Shown here: positions 59,300 through 64,000 of the stretch, piece by piece
Numbering within the stretch: position 1 is the first letter of the stretch
Layout of the letters: each line of letters begins with the position of its first letter
Source of the DNA: an uncultured bacterium
GTDB taxonomy: Bacteria; Babelota; Babeliae; Babelales; Babelaceae
Direction: 5' to 3'
NCBI GenBank assembly: GCA_963713855.1
Contig: OY970209.1
Coordinates: forward strand, 768,001 to 832,000
DNA: 64,000 bases
Position numbers and translations under genes: made by a program
Notes under the pieces: generated by a model
Told to the model about the DNA's origin: nothing
Database searches by the model: none
What the model saw: only the letters and a program-made list of their open reading frames with translations

Positions 59300-60097
59300 A
59301 TGAGGCAGTATGCTTTTTGGGGTATGGTACATCTTGCATGTACTTTAGCACATGGCGGTTTTACGGTTGATGAAAAAGATCTTTCAAGATCGCTCAAGGG
59401 CTTTTCACGAGAACAGGTCGATAAAGCAATAATTGAGATAGAAAAACGAGAAGCAAAGTTTTCAGCAGATGCTTCTTGGATGTACTATCCAGAGATTGCA
59501 AAACTCATTAAGCAAATTAAGCCGCTACCTGGAAAAAAGCTCCAGGGTGCTGAAATAGGTGTACTTTACGGCGGAAATACCGAATGGTTGCTTGATAATG
59601 CTGAACCTGATCTTCTAGGAAAGATTTATAGCATAGACTCGTACGATAGAGACTTTTTTAAAGATGCTGCACTCGCAGAAGTTTTGTACCTTAAAACGAG
59701 AAAAAAATTACAAAGGTTTGGTAAGCGCTGTGAGCTTATGCGTCTGTCTTCCCAAACTGCAATGACTAGGTTTGGCGATCAGTCCTTGGATTTTGTTTTT
59801 ATAGACGGTGACCATTCTTATGATGCTGTGCGCAACGATCTCAAATGGATTCACAAAGTGCGCGCAGACGGGCTTTTAATTGGTGACGATTATCATAAAT
59901 CGACATCTGGTGTGATACGAGCTGTAGATGAGTTTTGTAAAAAAAATCACTACAAGCTTAATCGTGCTGGTAACGATAACAGAATTTGGTGGATACAAAA
60001 GACGGCACAAGTAAAGCAAGTAAAGCACCACAAAAACAAACATCAATCAAAAAAGAAAAAAGAAAAAACGAAGCCCGGTTGCGGTTGCAACAAATAA
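59300..60097 (+). CDS. Class I SAM-dependent methyltransferase with basic, Cys-containing tail
   Basis: GAEIGVLYG, YSID, LDFVFIDGDHSY, GDDY. Confidence 0.85.
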   Translation: MRQYAFWGMVHLACTLAHGGFTVDEKDLSRSLKGFSREQVDKAIIEIEKREAKFSADASWMYYPEIAKLIKQIKPLPGKKLQGAEIGVLYGGNTEWLLDNAEPDLLGKIYSIDSYDRDFFKDAALAEVLYLKTRKKLQRFGKRCELMRLSSQTAMTRFGDQSLDFVFIDGDHSYDAVRNDLKWIHKVRADGLLIGDDYHKSTSGVIRAVDEFCKKNHYKLNRAGNDNRIWWIQKTAQVKQVKHHKNKHQSKKKKEKTKPGCGCNK

Positions 60098-60338
60098 TAG
60101 AATAGAGCTCCAATTTCTTGAGGGTAGAAGTATAAGAACTTCTACCCTTTTTTACTTTAAAATGCTCGATGCCGTACTATATCAAACCTCATTTTAAGGT
60201 ATTACTATTAAAATCTCTGAATGGTATTTCGTGTAAAGAGATTTGCATTTTTTATTCGATGAATAAAGGCCACATTTGCAATATTATATCTCATTAGTAA
60301 AATAATTATGGGAAATAATTTTTTTTGGTAATCGTCTG

Positions 60339-62336
60339 TTGAACGGAGATTTTAGGATGTTTACAATAACTCGCATGCTTGCTTTATGGATGGGCTTTTT
60401 AGGTTGCATGACATTTGGTATGGAAGAAACTCCAAGCGGGTTGACTCCCCCATCGCTAGGGCTCGGCAAGTATGAGCCGGAGGAGAGAATTCCCCGGTTT
60501 ATAACTGAGCCCGACACTGCTCTATTATTTCATCTATGGTGTGTTCAAAGGGATGAGATGGTTATCGATGTTGACTTTACTGAATGGCTTATTAAAAATG
60601 GATATATAGACCCAGTCACACGTCTTGGACCTTTGGGGCAAACTCCTGCGCACTATGCCCTTATTTTGGCTCAAGATTCGTTTCAAGTTCTTTCTCAACT
60701 GCGTGATAGGGGGGAATCCTTACAAACTCCGGACAGGCTTGGCAGGCTGCCGATACATTATGCAGCATTTTATAACTTGAGAATGGTTATGGGTATTCTA
60801 GTACCTGAAGGCTCAGATAACGCGACTGTTAGCGGAGTTATCAATGCAGTAGATAAAGAGGGAAGAACGCCATTATTCTATGCCGCGCAAGGCGGCGCCA
60901 CATCAGTCATCTTGTATTTAACGTTTAATCACAGTCGCAATCTTTTACTTAATCTGAGAGATCCTCAGGGTGCATCGGTGATGCACTATGGTATGTTGAG
61001 CCGCAACGTGGAAACAGTTCTTTATTTAAGCAAACTTTTTTCAGAGATGCCAAAAGAAGATGCTCAAGGCAGAACACCAGTGCATTACGCGGCTTTTGTC
61101 GGATTTACAGATTTATTTGAATCTCTTGCTGACGTTGAAGAAGAACGGAGCGGGTTTCCAGGCGTAGATCCGTGCGATCGCGATAAGAAAGGCAACACTA
61201 TTTTTCATTACGCAGCACTTAAAAGCGAGGGGCATCTAATTGTCAGAGAGTCTCCCATAGGTAATAATAACAATGACCTTTTTGTGCCAAATAATGATGG
61301 GGAAATTCCTGCTTTTGTAGCTTTAGAAAATGGCTGGGCGGACTTGGCAGATGCTCTATTTAGAGAACAGCTTTCAGCGGGAAGTTTAGGGAATGTAGAA
61401 AAATTACTAGCTTATGGCATGGATATCTCGGAGCTTCAAGATGTGAAAGAAGGAAATAAATCAACAAGCCTGGTCGATTTATATTTGCGCCCAGACGCTA
61501 ATATTAACTATGTGAGAGAATTTTTTTCATGGGGAATTAATTGGCGACATAGAAAAGAGCTTGACAGGGAATTATTGCGGGCTTTTTCCGATCTTGAGCT
61601 TGAATACACTCAGCTTAACAATGAAGAATTGCCCTTCTGGCAATTGCCGTTATGGTGCCTGCCCTGTTTTTATGAGCAAAGAGAAAGAGCAATTGAGGCA
61701 CAAATTCGTCACACTCGAGATTATGTTAATAGTCCAAACGCGGAGATTAGACAATACGTAAGTCGTCTTATAAGTGAAACCTTATTAATAGCAATGGCTT
61801 ATGGCCACGAAAGTCTCGTTGAACAGATTCTAGCTTTAGTAAGCGATAGGGATGATAAAGGGAACGTAAGGTATTATGTCGATCGGGGTGTTCTGAGTAA
61901 CCTTTTTTTGAGGAGTGTTTTGGCTTCGCCGGAGGCTCTGTCAGCTATGTACAATCGTATAGCGACCCTTTTAAATGAAGAAGAACTGAAAAATTTAGTA
62001 GATAGAGCGTTTTTCATAGCATTCGGTCAACGTCGATTTAATAGTTTGGTATTTGCGATTGAACACGGAGCACATATCCCCGATAGAATCCGTTTGCATA
62101 ACAGACTACTCATCGTGCGACCTACTGATAATGCTCAAGAAGAACTACAATCAACGCCTGATGATTACGACCGCATGCTCGTCTTTCTAAGAAACTTGGG
62201 GACTAACTATCGAACGATGCTTTTGGTCAATCAACGGCTTGCTAGCGTTAACAATGCACAGCCGCTGCCAACGGAACTTATACTCTTCATCATGGGTCTT
62301 TATATGTACGGCTTTTTCAATAACCATAGCTTATAG
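60339..62336 (+). CDS. Secreted ankyrin-repeat protein with C-terminal F-box-like motif (likely start 60357)
   Basis: GQTPAHYA, GRLPIHYAA, GRTPLFYAA, GRTPVHYAA, GNTIFHYAA; ends LPTELILFIM. Confidence 0.88.
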   Translation: MNGDFRMFTITRMLALWMGFLGCMTFGMEETPSGLTPPSLGLGKYEPEERIPRFITEPDTALLFHLWCVQRDEMVIDVDFTEWLIKNGYIDPVTRLGPLGQTPAHYALILAQDSFQVLSQLRDRGESLQTPDRLGRLPIHYAAFYNLRMVMGILVPEGSDNATVSGVINAVDKEGRTPLFYAAQGGATSVILYLTFNHSRNLLLNLRDPQGASVMHYGMLSRNVETVLYLSKLFSEMPKEDAQGRTPVHYAAFVGFTDLFESLADVEEERSGFPGVDPCDRDKKGNTIFHYAALKSEGHLIVRESPIGNNNNDLFVPNNDGEIPAFVALENGWADLADALFREQLSAGSLGNVEKLLAYGMDISELQDVKEGNKSTSLVDLYLRPDANINYVREFFSWGINWRHRKELDRELLRAFSDLELEYTQLNNEELPFWQLPLWCLPCFYEQRERAIEAQIRHTRDYVNSPNAEIRQYVSRLISETLLIAMAYGHESLVEQILALVSDRDDKGNVRYYVDRGVLSNLFLRSVLASPEALSAMYNRIATLLNEEELKNLVDRAFFIAFGQRRFNSLVFAIEHGAHIPDRIRLHNRLLIVRPTDNAQEELQSTPDDYDRMLVFLRNLGTNYRTMLLVNQRLASVNNAQPLPTELILFIMGLYMYGFFNNHSL

Positions 62337-62368
62337 AAAACAGGGGGCTTTAGGCCCCCTTTAATAAT

Positions 62369-63493
62369 TTAAAAGAACAGAGAACGTATATCTTTATAGC
62401 TTAAGAATAAAAATAGGAAAAGAACTAATATCCAGCTTGCGTAGTGAATACCGAGTCGAATGGCGTCAGGTAAAGATCTTCCGATCACTGCTTCAATAGA
62501 ATAAAAGAGAATCTGTCCTCCATCTAAGATTGGAAGTGGTAGCAGATTTAGGATTGCTAAATTGACGCTAATAAGGATAAGGATAAGAAGCCATACTTTA
62601 AAGCCTTGTTGTGCGCTTTTAGTAATTTGAGAGATGATGCTTACAGGACCACCTAACCCTTCAGTCGATCTCGTTTTAAAGAGTGACGTAAATGCTTTTA
62701 TGGTCATAACAATGAGAGAATTTGTAGCGGTAACACCGGATCTTAGAGCTTGCATGAAAGACTGTGCAGGAACTTCCTTATTTGAAAATCGTACATCTAT
62801 TTTGCCAATTGTTGAGCTTCCTTCTAAGGCGGGTTGTATCTTGACTGGTAATGTCAAGTGTTGATCTTTGCGTTGTATACCAAACATTATTTCTTGGCCA
62901 GGCGATGAGCGGATTGTCTGAAGTAGAAGCATGCGATCATTATGAAGAGGTTGATTATTTACGCTTGTAATGATATCACCGGCTTGTATGCCAGCGGCTT
63001 TGGCAGCGCCGCCGTCAATGACCGTTTCTACTCTTGTCGTCGTATTAATCTGATAGAGCGAAAGACCAACTTTAGGAAGACCCAGAGCAAATAAGAGAAT
63101 GAAGCTTACGTAGGCAAAAATGAGATTGAAAAGTATTCCGCCTAATAGAATGAGGAGTTTTTGATAATAGGGTTTTGCAGCAAAAGATCTTTCATCTTGC
63201 CTGTACGCCTCTTTTTGATCGCCTTGACCTACCTCAGCCATGCCCGCCATTTCTACGTAACCACCAAGAGGTATTGCTGACACTTTAAAAAGCGTGCCGC
63301 TGATTCTTTTCTGAATTAATGTTGGCCCCATTCCGAGCGAAAATGAAGGTACATCCACACCGAAAAATTTGGCAAAAAAGAAATGGCCGAGTTCATGGAA
63401 CCCAATTAGAAGGCCGATACCGACGATACCGGTAAAGATGTAATAAAAGGTGCTCAAAAGGGAAAAAATGTTTGATGTATTTGGTATTGCCAT
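62369..63493 (-). CDS. rseP: RIP metalloprotease RseP
   Basis: HELGH, FSLGMGP, IPLGGYV, PDZ domain, NLLPLPILDGG. Confidence 0.95.
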   Translation of the reverse strand: MAIPNTSNIFSLLSTFYYIFTGIVGIGLLIGFHELGHFFFAKFFGVDVPSFSLGMGPTLIQKRISGTLFKVSAIPLGGYVEMAGMAEVGQGDQKEAYRQDERSFAAKPYYQKLLILLGGILFNLIFAYVSFILLFALGLPKVGLSLYQINTTTRVETVIDGGAAKAAGIQAGDIITSVNNQPLHNDRMLLLQTIRSSPGQEIMFGIQRKDQHLTLPVKIQPALEGSSTIGKIDVRFSNKEVPAQSFMQALRSGVTATNSLIVMTIKAFTSLFKTRSTEGLGGPVSIISQITKSAQQGFKVWLLILILISVNLAILNLLPLPILDGGQILFYSIEAVIGRSLPDAIRLGIHYASWILVLFLFLFLSYKDIRSLFF

Positions 63494-63956
63494 GCCAAAG
63501 CTCCTTGCAAATAGTGCGGCTTTAAAATTTGCTTTATTGGATAGTCTAGCACACTTCTATCAAACAGGTACAGGTATTTATGACGTAATAGCTGAGAGCT
63601 TTAACGTACTTGATTTTTTATAAAGGAAGGATTTCAACACCCGAAAGAGTATTACTCAACAATTGCTTGCCGCGAGTTGAGAGGCATCGCCAAAATGGAT
63701 AAAAACCAATATTTTAGTTTTATTGCGTATCCTCGTTGAACTTTGGACTGATTTCGATATAGATAACCGTTGATTTAGGGCAAATCAAACATCGTAGCTA
63801 TAGCAAATAGTACTAATTAAAGAGATTTAGAATGTGCTTTTCTTTATTAGCTTGGCAGCATATGCCTAACGATTACTAATCTGGGACTATGAGCAACTGT
63901 TGACCTATTTAATCTAATTATTATAGTATAATGGAAATAAAATGAAGGAGTTTGAA

Positions 63957-64000
63957 ATGCTAAGAATAATGGGTATCGTTTCTATTTTATCGATGACTCT
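63957..64000 (+). CDS. Start of a probable exported protein, truncated by window edge
   Basis: AAGGAG RBS then MLRIMGIVSILSMT. Confidence 0.45.
   Translation, partial: MLRIMGIVSILSMT

Noticed and set aside
63500..63950. 450-bp non-coding gap upstream of rseP
   Set aside because: No convincing structure, repeat or gene remnant seen; consistent with divergent promoters

Overview
64 kb of bacterial chromosome. Scattered housekeeping genes (rnpB, uppS, hflX, uvrD/pcrA, murC, yidC, recR, pepP, galE, rplM, cfa, rseP) alternate with many signal-peptide-bearing ankyrin, coiled-coil and orphan proteins. This layout suggests a host-dependent intracellular bacterium, plausibly Ca. Dependentiae/Babelota (inference only). 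Main points of interest: (1) three paralogous surface beta-propeller genes built from a 48-aa blade, with a variable N-terminal propeller and a conserved membrane-proximal one; (2) an unannotated ~255-nt multi-hairpin element at 41010-41264 that I cannot match to a known RNA; (3) a decayed IS200/IS605 tnpB 3' end with its right-end region; (4) three copies of the 3' part of a membrane-protein gene that bracket a toxin-antitoxin pair and a propeller gene; (5) candidate host-mimicry motifs (C-terminal F-box-like ankyrins, a J-like domain without HPD, a polybasic-Cys tail); (6) enzymes with altered catalytic motifs (RNase HII, Fic). No CRISPR array, tRNA or rRNA was seen. All calls were made by eye, without database searches.
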